Below, in pieces: positions 11,801 through 24,079 of a DNA stretch of 64,000 bases. The stretch is from contig OY740797.1 in the NCBI GenBank assembly GCA_963514005.1, positions 20,274,001 to 20,338,000 of the forward strand, read 5' to 3'. This DNA is from Raja brachyura. Taxonomy: Eukaryota. Numbering within the stretch: position 1 is the first letter of the stretch; each line of letters starts with the position of its first letter. The notes beneath the pieces are model-generated. The model saw only the letters and a program-made list of their open reading frames with translations, had not been told where the DNA came from and ran no database searches. The position numbers were made by a program, and so were the translations under genes.

Positions 11801-14761
11801 ACTCATTATGTGGTAAATTTGGTAAATTAAGTTTCTTTAAAAACTCATGCATTATATTGGAATCAGTAGGACATTCTGATTGGTATAGGGAGGTATAAAA
11901 TTCCTGAAAGCATTTATTAATTTTGTTATGGTCTACGGTTAATGTACCATCCCGTTTACTCACTTTTGTAATCTACCGTTTGGCCGACACCACTTTCCAC
12001 TGATTAGCGAGTAATTTACCAGATTTTTCACCATGTATATAAAATTGACTTTTGGTTTTAAGTAGCTGGTTCTCAATCGGTGATATTAATAACAAATCAT
12101 ATCTCAATTGAAGTTCAACTCTATTCTTATAGAGGTTTAACCTGGGATTTTTGAATATTTTTAATCAATTTCTTTAATCTCGTCAGCCAATGTACATATT
12201 TCTTTTTGAGTTTGTTTTTTTAATTCCGCGGAGTATGAAATAATTTGTCCACGAATATATGCCTTAAAAGCATCCCAGTCTACACCATTGGATATTTCTT
12301 CAGTAGAGTTTGTCAAGAAGTAAAAAGCAATCTGATCTTTAATAAAATTAACAACATTTAAGTCATGAAGCAACGTAGCATTAAATCGCCATTGTTTAGC
12401 AGTAAACTTGGAATCAGGTAGTTTGATTGATAGTTTCAATGGTGCGTGATCAGAAATAGCAATTGTATCATATTCACATGCAGTGACCGATGAAACTAGC
12501 CGAGAATCTATTATAAAGAAGTCAATCCTAGATGATATACATAAGAAAAAAAAGAAAATTATTTGTCATTGGGGTGTAAGAATCTCCGAACGTCTAACAT
12601 TCCAGAGTCAAGTAAAAAATAATTGATAAAACTAGCTGATTTATTTGGAAGCACATGATCAGATGTAGATCTGTCAATCAAGGCGTTCAGACAGCAGTTG
12701 AAATCTCCACCCATTATTAAAAAGTGTTCATTTAAATTAGGAAAGGATGCAATCAACTGTTTAAAAAACTCAGGGTGATCAATATTTGGTGTGTAAACAT
12801 TCACCATAGCAACTTTTTGCTTATCAAGAACACCAGTAATCACCAAAAATCTACCATAAGGATCAGAATCTTTTTCATAATGAACAAACAGAATTGAGGA
12901 TTCAATAAAAATAGACTCCTTTCACTTTAGTATGTGAATTTGAGTGAAACTGCTGTCCTCCGCAAAACTTGAAAAATCGTTGATTGTCATCTTGCCTTAC
13001 ATGAGTTTCTTGAACAAACATAATCTGAGCATTTAGTCTGCGAAGAACTTTTAAAAAATGTTTCCTCTTAATGGGATGGTTCAAGCCATTCACATTCCAT
13101 GAAAGGAAGTTAATAACTTTATCCATATTGCTTGAAAAAATCATGTGGGATGTGAAGGTTAATATCTTAAAGCCTAATAGTTCATGATACTGGAAGAAGA
13201 AAAATCTAGGGCGGAGCCAGAAGTGATGACATTTAATGACATTTTTGTAGTTCAGATTTTGCACAAATGAAGAACACTAAATAAGAAACAAGAGACCCCT
13301 CCCCCCCCCACCCACCCATGTAAAGCCCAAAACTGACCAATAGACAGTCAGTAAGTTACATAATCCCTTCCCTACCCCTATCTCTCCTTGCAATAGCACC
13401 TGACGTTGAAAAAAGCATATTTGCCATTCAATAGCCATAACACGATCATTGTTGTCGTTTGAGAGAGAAAAAAAATGCTGACAGTGAAACTGAAGAGGTG
13501 GAGCTACATATTATTATCCAAGGTCAAAATATGAAAAACAAGAACTGCGTTCACTTAAGTTGTCTAAAGACAGAAAAACACAAATTCCTTCACTTTTAAG
13601 AGTAAAAAATTAACAAAGAAATTCTTAAAAAATTAATATATATAAAAGGAAAACAACTCATCCAGTTACATTATTAATCATTACCAAACTATATATTGTC
13701 AAAATAAGAACAGTAAATCTCCAATTATAACTTAATCAGCTTTCAATTACTCCCCTTCACCCTCATAACTTTCCAAAAAGCTGGAAGCATCTTGAGGATT
13801 GTTAAAAAATCGAATGTTACCGTTGAAAAGTCGTATACGCAGTCTAACTGGATAAAGTAAGGCTGGGCACAACCTTTTCTTAAACAGATCAGACATTACA
13901 TTATGAAAAGACTTTCTTATTTCCAAAAGCTCTTAACTATAATTAGGAACAAACTGAAACTTGCATCCTTCATATTCAACCATGCCCAACATTTTTGCTG
14001 CCTGGAGAATACTCTCCTTCGTTTGCAAAAAGTGAAACCGAACAATCAAATGTCTCGGTTTATTACCAGATTTCTTCCCAATCCTGTGTGCGTTATCCAA
14101 AAATGAAAGATTTTCATTGTGCTCAATGTTAAGAGTCTCCTTTATCATTTTAAAAGCATATTTTATAACATTATGTCCTTCTTGACCTTCCGGCAAACCA
14201 ACAATTCGTAAATTCAATCGACGGCTTCTGTTTTCCCGGTCCATATTTTTAATCTTATATTGCTGGAGTGCTCTAGTATTTTCATTCATTCTTCGTTCCA
14301 GTTTTTCAATCTTCAAGTCTCTCTCCTGGCCCAGGGTTCACAAGTTATCAATTTGTTCATTTTGTTCGCGAAGTTCATCTTGTAACATAATCAGCTTTTC
14401 TTGAACTTCCTTCAATTTGCTCGAAACTCCTTTCACCATTTCTTCCAAACTGCAAAATCTTGTTTTCATTTCATTTTTCAGTTCATCGTACATTTTTGAT
14501 ATTGCTTCTATGATACTAGAGTCAGAAGCTGTGGTTGTGGCATTCCCCTGTTCTTTCCTTGGGGAGCCTCCTTTCCTTCTTGTCTCCATCCTTTTCACGA
14601 TTAAGTCATGTAAAAGTGTTATCAACACTTTATGAAAAGTTAGACCCTGCCTTGAAGTCAAGTAATCACAAGTAAAATTGAAAGAGTGGTAAGTGAAAGT
14701 TAAAAGTTAAGGGAGCAAACGAATTTGCAATCTTTAGAGCATGCTGCCACTAGGAGAGTCC
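8829..14761 (-). mobile_element. L1-clade LINE, 5'-near-complete (ORF1 about 14590-13740, spacer, ORF2 from 13127), decayed
   Basis: ORF1 coiled coil plus ENRSRRLNLRIVGLPEG...AHRIG..PRHLIVRF; ORF2 SWNVNGLNHPIKRK, GGDFN, KAPDLDGFTVEF, FTYLGIKIT. Confidence 0.9.
10578..11525 (-). mobile_element. CR1 3' fragment inserted in the L1 RT
   Basis: Near-identical to the 3' end of the 15291-18542 copy; (TTCTATG)n tail; CATTT duplicated at 10573-10577 and 11526-11530. Confidence 0.92.
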
Positions 14762-15290
14762 AGGAAAGCTCTGAATAAAGCCAAACAAGTCTTTGTGTCA
14801 AACAACCTTACCACAGCAATGAAAGAAAATGTCAAGCAATTTTGGTCTTATATTGTGGTAACGGAGAGAAGGGATTTGCAGACCTCATAGTGAACAACAC
14901 AGTTGTGATGGGAAAGGGAAGGTCGAAGCATTTAATGCTCAATTCACCTGTGTATTTACGAGGGAAATCATACATTCCATCGATGGAAACCAGCAACATA
15001 CAGAATTATGTTGCCGTGAATTAGCAATCCATGAGGCAGGGGTACTAACACAACTACAGAACCTAATGTCAAACAAAGCAGCGGGCCCAGATCAGTTGCC
15101 GCCATGGTGTCTAAAGATTTTCGCATTGAAAATAGCACCCATTCTCACAGATTTATTCCAGTCCTCAATTGATTGTGAGTCACTACCACGACAGTGGAAG
15201 GAAGCAAACATCTGTGCAATATTTAAGAAGGGCAACAAGGCTGCGCCTGAGAATTACAGACCAGTTTCACTGACCAGTGTTACATGTAAG

Positions 15291-18200
15291 TGTAACAAGT
15301 GGTGGGGCAGGGATTTAGATTCTTAGATCACTGGGATCTGTTTTGGAGTAAGGGGGAACTGTACAAAAGGGACGGATTGCATCTTAACAGGTGCCTCAAC
15401 AGTTTGCCACTGCTACACGGATGGTTTTAAACTGAATAAGGGGGGTGGGGTGTCAAATGGGATAGTCAAAGACGGAGTTAAAGGGAAAGAGAGTAAAGGG
15501 ATGGTTAATGACCCCAGATTTAACGGGAAAAAAAGCTCACAAAGGGATAGGAGAGTATGGCCAAGTGTAATATGGATCGATGTGAAAGGGGCCACTTGTC
15601 AACATAATTGTATAAGGAGTAAGAGTGTTGTAAAAACAAGACTGAAGGCTTTGTGTCTCAATGCGAGGAGCATTCGTAATAAGGTGGATGAGTTGAAGGT
15701 GCAGATAGCGATTAATGACTATGCTATAGTTGGGATCACGGAGACATGGCTCCAGGGTGACCAAGGCTGGGAGCTGAAAATCCAGGGATATTCAATATTC
15801 AGGAGGGATAGATGAAAAGGAAAAGGAGGTGGGGTAGTGTTGCTGGTGAGAGAGGAGATTAATGCAATAGAAAGGAAGGACATTAGCGTGGAGGATGTGG
15901 AATCGATATGGGTAGAGCTGCAAAACTCTAAGGGGCAGAAAACGCTAGTGGGAGCTGTGTACAGGCCACCTAACAGTAGTATTGGAGTTGGGGATGGCAT
16001 CAAACAGGAAATTAGAAATGCGTGCAACAAGGGTAACACGGTTATAATGGGTGACTTCAATCTGCATGTAGATTGGGTGAATCAAATTGGCAGGGGTGCT
16101 GAGGAAGAGGATTTCTTGGAATGTATGCGGGATAGTTTTCTCAACCAACATGTGGAGGAACCAACGAGAGAGCAGGCTATTCTAGACTGGGTATTGAGTA
16201 ATGAGGAAGGGTTAGTTAGCAGTCTTGTTGTGCGTGGCCCCTTGGGCAAGAGTGACCATAATATGGTTGAGTTCTTCATTAGGATGTAGAGTGACAAAAT
16301 TAAGTCAGAAACAAGGGTTCTGAACTTGAACAAAGGTAATTTTGAAGGTATGAGATGTGAATTGGCCAAGATAGACTGGCAGGTGATTCTTAAAGGGTTG
16401 ACAGTGGATGTGCAATGGAAGGTATTTAAAGACTGCATGGATGAAGTACAAAAATTGTTCATACCAGTTTGGCAAAAGAATAAATCGGGGAAGGTGGTGC
16501 ATCCATGGATAACAAGGGAAATCAGGGATAGTATAAAAACAAAAGATGAGGCATACACATTTGCCAGGAAAAGCAGCCTACCGGAGGACTGGGAGAAATT
16601 CAGAATCCAGCAGAGGAGGACAAAGGGCTTAATTAGGAAAGGGAAAATAGATTATGAAAGGAAACTGGCAGGGAACATAAAAACTGACTGCAAAAGTTTT
16701 TATAGATATGTGAAGAGAAAGAGACTAGTTAAAACAAATGTTGGTCCCTTGCAGTCAGAAACAGGTGAATTGATCATGGGGAATAAGGACATGGCAGACC
16801 AATTGAATAACTACTTTGGTTCTGTCTTCACTAAGGAAGACATAAATAATCTGCCGGAAACAGCAGTGGAACGGGGGTCAAATAAGATGGAGGAACTGAA
16901 TGAAATCCAGGTTAGCCGGGAGGTGGTGTTGGGTAAATTGAACGGATTGAAGGCCGATAAATCCCCAGGGCCAGATAGTCTGCATCCCAGAGTACTCAAG
17001 GAGGTAGCCACAGAAATAGTGGATGCATTGGTGATCATTTTTCAAAATTCCTTAGATTCTGGAGTAGTTCCTGAGGATTGGAGGGTAGCTAATGTAACCC
17101 CACTTTTTAAAAAAGGAGGGAGAGAGAAAGCGGGGAATTACAGACCAGTTAGTCTAACATCGGTAGTGGGGAAACTGCTGGAGTCAGTTATTAAAGATGG
17201 GATAGCAGCGCATTTGGAAAGTGGTGAAATCATTGGACAAAGTCAGCATGGATTTACGAAAGGTAAATCATGTCTGACAAATCTGATAGAATTTTTCGAG
17301 GATGTAACTAGTAGAGTGGATAAGGGAGAACCAGTGGATGTGTTATATTTAGACTTTCAGAAGGCTTTCGACAAGGTCCCGCATAAGAGATTAGCATACA
17401 AACTTAAAGCACACGGTATTGGGGGTTCAGTATTGATGTGGATAGAGAACTGGCTAGCAGACAGGAGGCAAAGGGTAGGAGTAAACGGGTCCTTTTCAGA
17501 ATGGCAGGCAGTGACTGGTGGGGTGCCGCAAGGCTCAGCGCTGGGACTCCAGCTATTTACAATATATATTAATGATTTGGACGAGGGAATTCAATGCAAC
17601 ATCTCCAAATTTGCAGATGACACCAAGCTGGGGGGTATAGTTAGGTGTGAGGAGGATTCTTGGAGGCTGCAGGGTGATTTGGATAGGCTGAGTGAATGGG
17701 CAGATGCATGGCAGATGCAGTATAATGTGGATAAATGTGAGGTTATCCACTTTGGTGGCAAAAACATGAGGGTGGACTATTATCTGAATGGTGGCAGATT
17801 AGGAAAGGGGGAGATGCAACGAGACCTGGGTGTCATGGTACACCAGTCATTGAAAGTAGGCATGCAGGTGCAGCAGGCAGTGAAGAAAGCAAATGGTATG
17901 TTAGCATTCATAGCAAAAGGATTTGAGTATAGGAGCAGGGAGGTTCTACTGCAGTTGTACAGGGTTTTGGTGAGGCCACACCTGGAGTATTGCGTACAGT
18001 TTTGGTCTCCAAATCTGAGGAAAGACATCCTTGCCATGGAGGGGGTACAGAGAAGATTCACCAGACTGATTCCTGGGATGTCGGGACTTTCATATGAGGA
18101 AAGATTGGATAGACTCGGCTTGTACTCGCTGGAATTTAGAAGATTGAGGGGGGATCTTATAGAAACTTACAAAATTCTTAAGGGGTCGGACGGGCTAGAT

Positions 18201-18542
18201 GCTGGAAGATTGTTCCCGATGTTGGGAGAGTCCAGAACAAGGGGTCACAGTCTAAGGATAAGGGGGGATTCCTTTAGGACCGAGATGAGGAAAACATTCT
18301 TTACACAGAGAGTGGTGAGTCTGTGGAATTCCCTGCCACAGAAGGTAGTTGAGGCCAGTTCATTGGCTCTATTTAAGAGGGCGTTAGATGTGGCAATTGT
18401 GGCTAAAGGGATCAGGGGGTATGGAGAGAAGGCAGGTACGGATACTGAGTTGGATGATCAGCCATGATCACATTGAATGGCGGTGCAGGCTCGATGGGCC
18501 GAATGGCCTACTCCTAACCTATTTTTCTATGTTCTATGTTCT
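15291..18542 (+). mobile_element. Young CR1 LINE: ORF1 esterase C-terminus, near-intact ORF2, 3'UTR, (TTCTATG)n tail
   Basis: DHWDLFW...RDGLHLN (ORF1); ORFs 15450, 15837 and 16326 share one frame with only two internal stops; TSD ATGTAAG at 15284-15290 and 18543-18549. Confidence 0.95.
16326..18467 (+). CDS. CR1 ORF2 reverse transcriptase portion (713 aa open frame; TE pseudogene)
   Basis: NYRPVSLTS, YLDFQKAFDKVPH, GVPQGS, KFADDTK motifs intact; the endonuclease part upstream is cut off by stops at 15813 and 16287. Confidence 0.85.
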   Translation: MNKGNFEGMRCELAKIDWQVILKGLTVDVQWKVFKDCMDEVQKLFIPVWQKNKSGKVVHPWITREIRDSIKTKDEAYTFARKSSLPEDWEKFRIQQRRTKGLIRKGKIDYERKLAGNIKTDCKSFYRYVKRKRLVKTNVGPLQSETGELIMGNKDMADQLNNYFGSVFTKEDINNLPETAVERGSNKMEELNEIQVSREVVLGKLNGLKADKSPGPDSLHPRVLKEVATEIVDALVIIFQNSLDSGVVPEDWRVANVTPLFKKGGREKAGNYRPVSLTSVVGKLLESVIKDGIAAHLESGEIIGQSQHGFTKGKSCLTNLIEFFEDVTSRVDKGEPVDVLYLDFQKAFDKVPHKRLAYKLKAHGIGGSVLMWIENWLADRRQRVGVNGSFSEWQAVTGGVPQGSALGLQLFTIYINDLDEGIQCNISKFADDTKLGGIVRCEEDSWRLQGDLDRLSEWADAWQMQYNVDKCEVIHFGGKNMRVDYYLNGGRLGKGEMQRDLGVMVHQSLKVGMQVQQAVKKANGMLAFIAKGFEYRSREVLLQLYRVLVRPHLEYCVQFWSPNLRKDILAMEGVQRRFTRLIPGMSGLSYEERLDRLGLYSLEFRRLRGDLIETYKILKGSDGLDAGRLFPMLGESRTRGHSLRIRGDSFRTEMRKTFFTQRVVSLWNSLPQKVVEASSLALFKRALDVAIVAKGIRGYGEKAGTDTELDDQP

Positions 18543-19849
18543 ATGTAAGATCTTGGAACACATCATACACTCTCACATCATGGATCATTTAGAAAAGAAT
18601 GGGATACTGATGGACTCACAACATGGCTTCAGAGCAAAACGTTCAACAGAAACACAACTCATTGTCACTATTGATGACATCACAAGGGCATTAGATCAGG
18701 GTAAATCTATACATATGGCAATTCTGGACTTTTTGAAAGCATTCTATAAAGTTCCTCATGAAATGCTCCTAGGAAAACTGGATTACTATGGCATCAGAAA
18801 GTCACCATAACTGGATTAGGGACTTTCTCACAAACCGGATGCAGAGGGTGGCCTGTGAAGGAAACATTTCTTTAGAAGAACAAGTACTGTCAGGAGTACC
18901 ACAAGGCATGGTCCTCGCACCACTGTTGTTCCTGATGTACATTAATGATCTACCTGAACACATAAATTGTAAAACAAGACACTTTGCAGATGATTGTCTT
19001 GTCTATACACCTGTCACTGATATAGAGGATATGAACTCTTACAAGAAGACCTTAAGTCCTTGGAATTATGGCAAAATACATGGAAGATGATCTTCAACCC
19101 ACCCAAATGCTCAATTGTGGTAATTTCAAACAAGAAGAATCCACCTACTCGAGACTACGTCTTCTGTGGACAAATACTTCATCGTACCAGTTCACAACCG
19201 TACCTTGGAGTTCATCTTGATAGCAAGCTTTCGTGGGGGGAACACGTGGACAACACGGTCACTAAAGCCAACTGGACACTAGGATTCCTTAGATGAAACC
19301 ACTGGTTCTGCCCAAAGGAAGGGAAAACCACAGCATATACATTGGTTAGACCCTTACTGGAATACGCTTCATGCGCCTGGACCCATACAAAACTGGTCAT
19401 ATCAACAAACTAGAAGGGGTACAGAGGAAAGCAGCATGCTTTTGCATCAGGAATTACAATAGAGGTAGCAGTGTCACTCAGATGCTGTCCGACCTGGAGT
19501 GGGAAACGCTGGAAACAAGAAGAGCAAGGAACAGACTATCCATGTTGTACAAGATGTAAAAGGGGATTGTGGGCATAACTGCAGTTAGATACATAACATA
19601 CTCAACAGAAAGGAGAACAGGAAAGAGAAATGATATGCAAATAGAAACCCCATTCGCCAGGACAGATATTTATAAGAACTCATTCTTTGTAAGAACCTTA
19701 AGGGAATGGAATAAACTAGACAACAATATAGTCAAATCACCTTCACTAGACATTTTTAAGGGGGCACTAACAGCACGTTAGTATGCATGACACATCCAAG
19801 TTGGTGATATGCAGAGTACTGCCCTGCCGACTACAAATTCAGAAAGTTC

Positions 19850-20090
19850 AGAAGGTTATGGTGCATCTGTAGAAGTTGGTGAGGTGTAGTAGGGAACATG
19901 CTAAACTTCCTAAGCCTTCTAAGGAAGTATAGGCATTGGTGAGCTTTCTTGGTCATTGCTTCAATATGGGTGGTCCAGAAGTTGTTGTTGATGATATTGA
20001 CTCGTAGGGATTTGAAGATTTCATGCATCTCTACTTTGGTGCCATCGATACAAACTGGGGTATGGGGGCCGCTTCGCTTCCTGAAGTCAA
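19850..20090 (-). mobile_element. Rex1/Babar RT C-terminal fragment
   Basis: WTTHIEAMTKKAHQCLYFLRRLRKF. Confidence 0.75.
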
Positions 20091-20630
20091 AATTGAAAGC
20101 AGTACATTTATTGCAAGAAGGTGTGCCATTGTGTTGTTTATTAAAGGTTTTGTGCACCCTGCCCAGAGTTTTCCAGATTCATCACATCAACTACTTTCTA
20201 TTGAGAGCATCACCATGAATTGTCAAGCACGTGACCTTTCACAACACTCAGGAGTTTTTATCCAAACCTGTTACCTCTGAATATCTTTTTTACAATTTAT
20301 GTAATAATATATTCCAATTTCTAAGAAACTAATTCATAATCACCTTCTCACGACACATTGGCAATTGCTCTTTGTTACTGTTGGCATATTTGCTACATTT
20401 TTCATTGATATAGGGTAACAGAAATATGCAAACCAAAATGGGATGCGTATAATGTGCACCATCGGCTTGTTAAGGTACAATACATAATGCCAGTGTTGGA
20501 TAAAAGTTGCATACTCATTGACTGAAAACTACAAACTTTCTTATGTGCATTCTAGGGAATTTATTTCCATCACTGTGGGGTTTTGATTCAAAGCTATGAG
20601 TTTCTCTGACTCATTAAATGTATACAAAGA

Positions 20631-20780
20631 TGCTGGAGAACATCGATGGTGCGAAGGAATAGGTGACGTTTCGGGTCGAGATCCTTCTTTAGACCCATTG
20701 TCTGAAGAAGGGTCTCGACTCGAAACGTCACCTATTCCTTCGTTCCATAGATGCTGCTCACCCGCTGTGTTTCTCCAGCA
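20631..20780. mobile_element. Palindromic Penelope-derived short element
   Basis: Ends tgctggagaa...ttctccagca; intact plus-strand core CTGAAGAAGGGTCTCGACTCGAAACGTC (20702-20729); mutated minus-strand core 20665-20692. Confidence 0.8.
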
Positions 20781-20790
20781 CTGCTTGCTG

Positions 20791-23700
20791 CTGCTGGCTC
20801 CAATGATGGCGGCCACGGTGTACTGGTCCTTGCTGTTTTGTATGTGTTTGTTCGTTTGTGTTGTCTGTGAAAACCCTACAAAGATTACTTTCACGAGAGA
20901 GGTACTCACAAACATCGGACACACGGTACCTCCAAACATCGTTCCGGATTTCTCTCACTCGCTGGATTATTTGGGCATACTCGTTGGTGGGGCTGTGGCT
21001 GCGTTCAAGGTCTTGAGACAGAGGAGGACCCGTGGGAAGCGCTTTGGAGCACTCACCCGACTCCGGCGACGAGGATCACGCACACCACTCCCGAGCATAT
21101 TCCTGGCAAACGTACGTTCTCTCAAGAACAAAGTAGACGAACTGCAACTCCTGCATCGGACAAACAAGGAGTTCTCTCGAGCTGCTGCCTTGTGCTTCAC
21201 CGAGACCTGGCTTTGTTAGTCAACCCCGGACAGCGCGCTGCAACTGGCTGGCTTCCAACTTCACAGAGTGGATCGCGAAGTGGAGGCAGAGGGGAAATCA
21301 ATATGCATCTATTCCAACCAGGGCTGGTGCAGCGACATCACGGTACTGTCAAATTTCTGCTCTCCCAACCTAGAATCCCTCTTTATAAACTGCAAACCTT
21401 TCTACTCTCTGAGGGAATTTAACTCCTTTATTCTCGCTGGAGTTTACATTCCCCCCTAAGCCTGCGTACGTGAGGTGCAAATGCAACTCGCTGACCAGGT
21501 AATGAGGGTAGAGAGTGACTTCCCAGACTCCATGGTAATTGTTTTGGGGACTTGCCCCACCAGAGGACAGAGAACACTCGATCACTGTTATACGGCAATC
21601 AAGAACGCATATCGCTCTGTTCCCTGGGCGGGTCTGGGTCTCTCTGATCATTGCATAGTTCACCTTATTCCGACCTACAGGCAGAAACTAAAAGCTGCTA
21701 AGCCTGTGGTCAGAACAACGAAAAGGTAGACAAGCGAGGGCATTGGGAACCTACAATCCTGCTTTTACTGCAGGTATTGGAATGTGTTCAGGGAAGCAAC
21801 CACAAGCCTCGATGAGTATACGGACACTGTAACATCATATGTCAACTTTTGCAAGGACAGTTGCATTCCAACTAAGACCCTGACATGGTTCACTGCACAA
21901 CTCAGACAGCTACGACAGTCTAAAGAGGAGGCCTACAGGAGCGGGGATGCAGACCTCTACAGACAGGCCAAGTAAAAGCTGAGAAGAGGAATCAGAGGTG
22001 CCAAGGAAAGGTACTCTGAGAAGTTGAGGAGCAAGTTCTCAGATAATGAATCTTCTTCAGTTTGGAAGGGCTTGCAAGAAATTACCAGCTACAAGAAGAA
22101 AGCCCCCCGCTCTTTGGACAATCGTCAGCTGACCAACGACCTGAATGAGTTTTACTGCAGGTTTGAAAATCAGAAACATAACCCTGGTACCCCCTCCCCC
22201 CTCCCCAAACAACACAGCCAGACCCCAGTCGACAGAGAATGGACCTTGCACCCTCTTCTTCCCATTTACCATTTCACACCTACTTAAGGCAAGACTCCAG
22301 TATGAAAAGACTGGACCATTTCCCACCCCAACCAACACTTCACACCCACTCACAGCCTGACCTCAGTCTGCAAAGACTGGGTCTTTCTACACCCACCACC
22401 CTCCAATCACCACTTCACATCAAATTACCCACACCCTCTGTGCTGCACAACATAATTTATCCAATATCAACAATAAAAATAGAGGAGGAGGAGGAGAGGC
22501 TTTTCAGAGGACAAACAAGCCGGAAATCTCCAGGCCCGGAAAATGTTTCCCCCTCTAATCTTAAACTCTGTGCCAAACAGCTGGCTCCGGTCTATACAGA
22601 CATTTTTAACCAATCCCTGCAAACATGTACTGTCCCTGCCTGTTTCAAAGTCTCGACTATTGTCCCTGTACCCAAAAACGCAAGGATTACTTGTCTTAAT
22701 GACTGCCTGTTGCACTGACCTCTGTAGACATAAAGACACTTGAAAGGCTTGTGCTAAGCTGCAAAATTTCACAAACCTCCTGCTGGACCCTCTACAGTTT
22801 GCATATCGGGCAATAGATCTGTGGATGATGCAGTCAACCTGGGCCTGCACTTCATCCTACAGCACCTAGACTGCCAGGGGACCTATGCGAGGATCCTGTT
22901 TGTTGATTTTAGCTCTGCATTCAACACCATTGTGCCAGAGCTACTACACTCCAAACCTTCCAAGTTGACTGTGCCTGAACCCCTCTGTTGGTGGATCACC
23001 AGCTTTCTGACAGACAGGAAGCAGCATGTGAGGCTGGGAAAGCACATCTCGGACCCGCAAACGCTCAGCATAGGGGCACCGCAAGGCTGCGTACTCTCTC
23101 CTCTCCTCTCTCTACACCAACAACAGCACCTCCATAGACACCTCTGTCAAGCTTCTCAAGTTTGCAGATGACACAACCCTGATTGGACTGATCCGGGATG
23201 GGGAGGAATCGGCCTACAGACAGGAAGTGTCACAGCTGGTGTCCTGGTGCTGTAGTGACAACCGAGAGCTCAATGCTCTTAAGACAGTGGAATTGATTGT
23301 AGACTTTAGGAGAGCTCCCCCTCCCCTCACCATCAACACTACAGTCACATCTGTGGAGTATTTTAAGTTCCTGGGAACCATGTTCTCCAAGGACCTTAAG
23401 TGGGGGGCTACCATCGACTCCACAGTCAAAAAGGCACAACAGAGGATGTACATCCTGCGGCAGCTAAGGAAGCACAATTTGCCACAGGCAATGATGGTCC
23501 AATTCGACACGGCCATCGTAGAGTCTGTCCTCACCTTGTCCATCATGGTCCAGTTTGGCTCAGCCATCAAGCATGACATCTGGAGGCTGCAGCAAATCGT
23601 CCGATCAGCAGAGAAGATTATTGGCTGCAACCTTCCCTCCATTGATGAACTGTACACTGCAAGGGCCAGGAAGCAAGCGGGCAAGATCATCTCTGACCCT

Positions 23701-24020
23701 GGCCACAAACTCTTTGAATCACTTCCCTCTGGAAGGCGACTCTGGACTGTCAAAGCTGCCACAGACATAAAAACAGTTTTTATCCACGAGTAGTTGCTCT
23801 ACTCAACAGCCAAAAATCTGTAGCCTCTCTTTGATCTGGTATTTTGTTGGTTCACATGCTTGATCAATGGTGTTTTATCATTAATGGTTTATTATTATTA
23901 ATGTTTAGTGCTTTCTGAGTCATTCATAACTGTCACTGTATGTCATGTTGTTACATGTGTGTTACCAAGTCAAATTCCTTGTATGTGAATATTTGGTCAA
24001 TAAACTTACTTACTTACTTA
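20791..24020 (+). mobile_element. Rex1/Babar LINE, near full length, decayed
   Basis: [57 protein letters not shown]; AATAAA plus (TTAC)n tail at 24000-24020. Confidence 0.92.
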
Positions 24021-24079
24021 TTTTTGATTAACTTCGATTTTTCCAGCATCTGCAGTTCTTTCTTAAACATTTACTTACT

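Larger units (their letters stand above)
14762..19830 (+). mobile_element. CR1-group LINE of invertebrate-like type (RT and C-terminus), split by a CR1 insertion
   Basis: NYRPVSLTSVTCK | ILEHII...QHGFRAKRSTETQL...SGVPQG...HFADDC...KNSFFVRTLREWNKL; the reading frame rejoins across the insertion. Confidence 0.85.

Noticed and set aside
20596-20802. N-terminal extension of the Rex1 ORF (207-aa ORF)
   Set aside because: Chance read-through across the palindromic element upstream of the ATG at 20803
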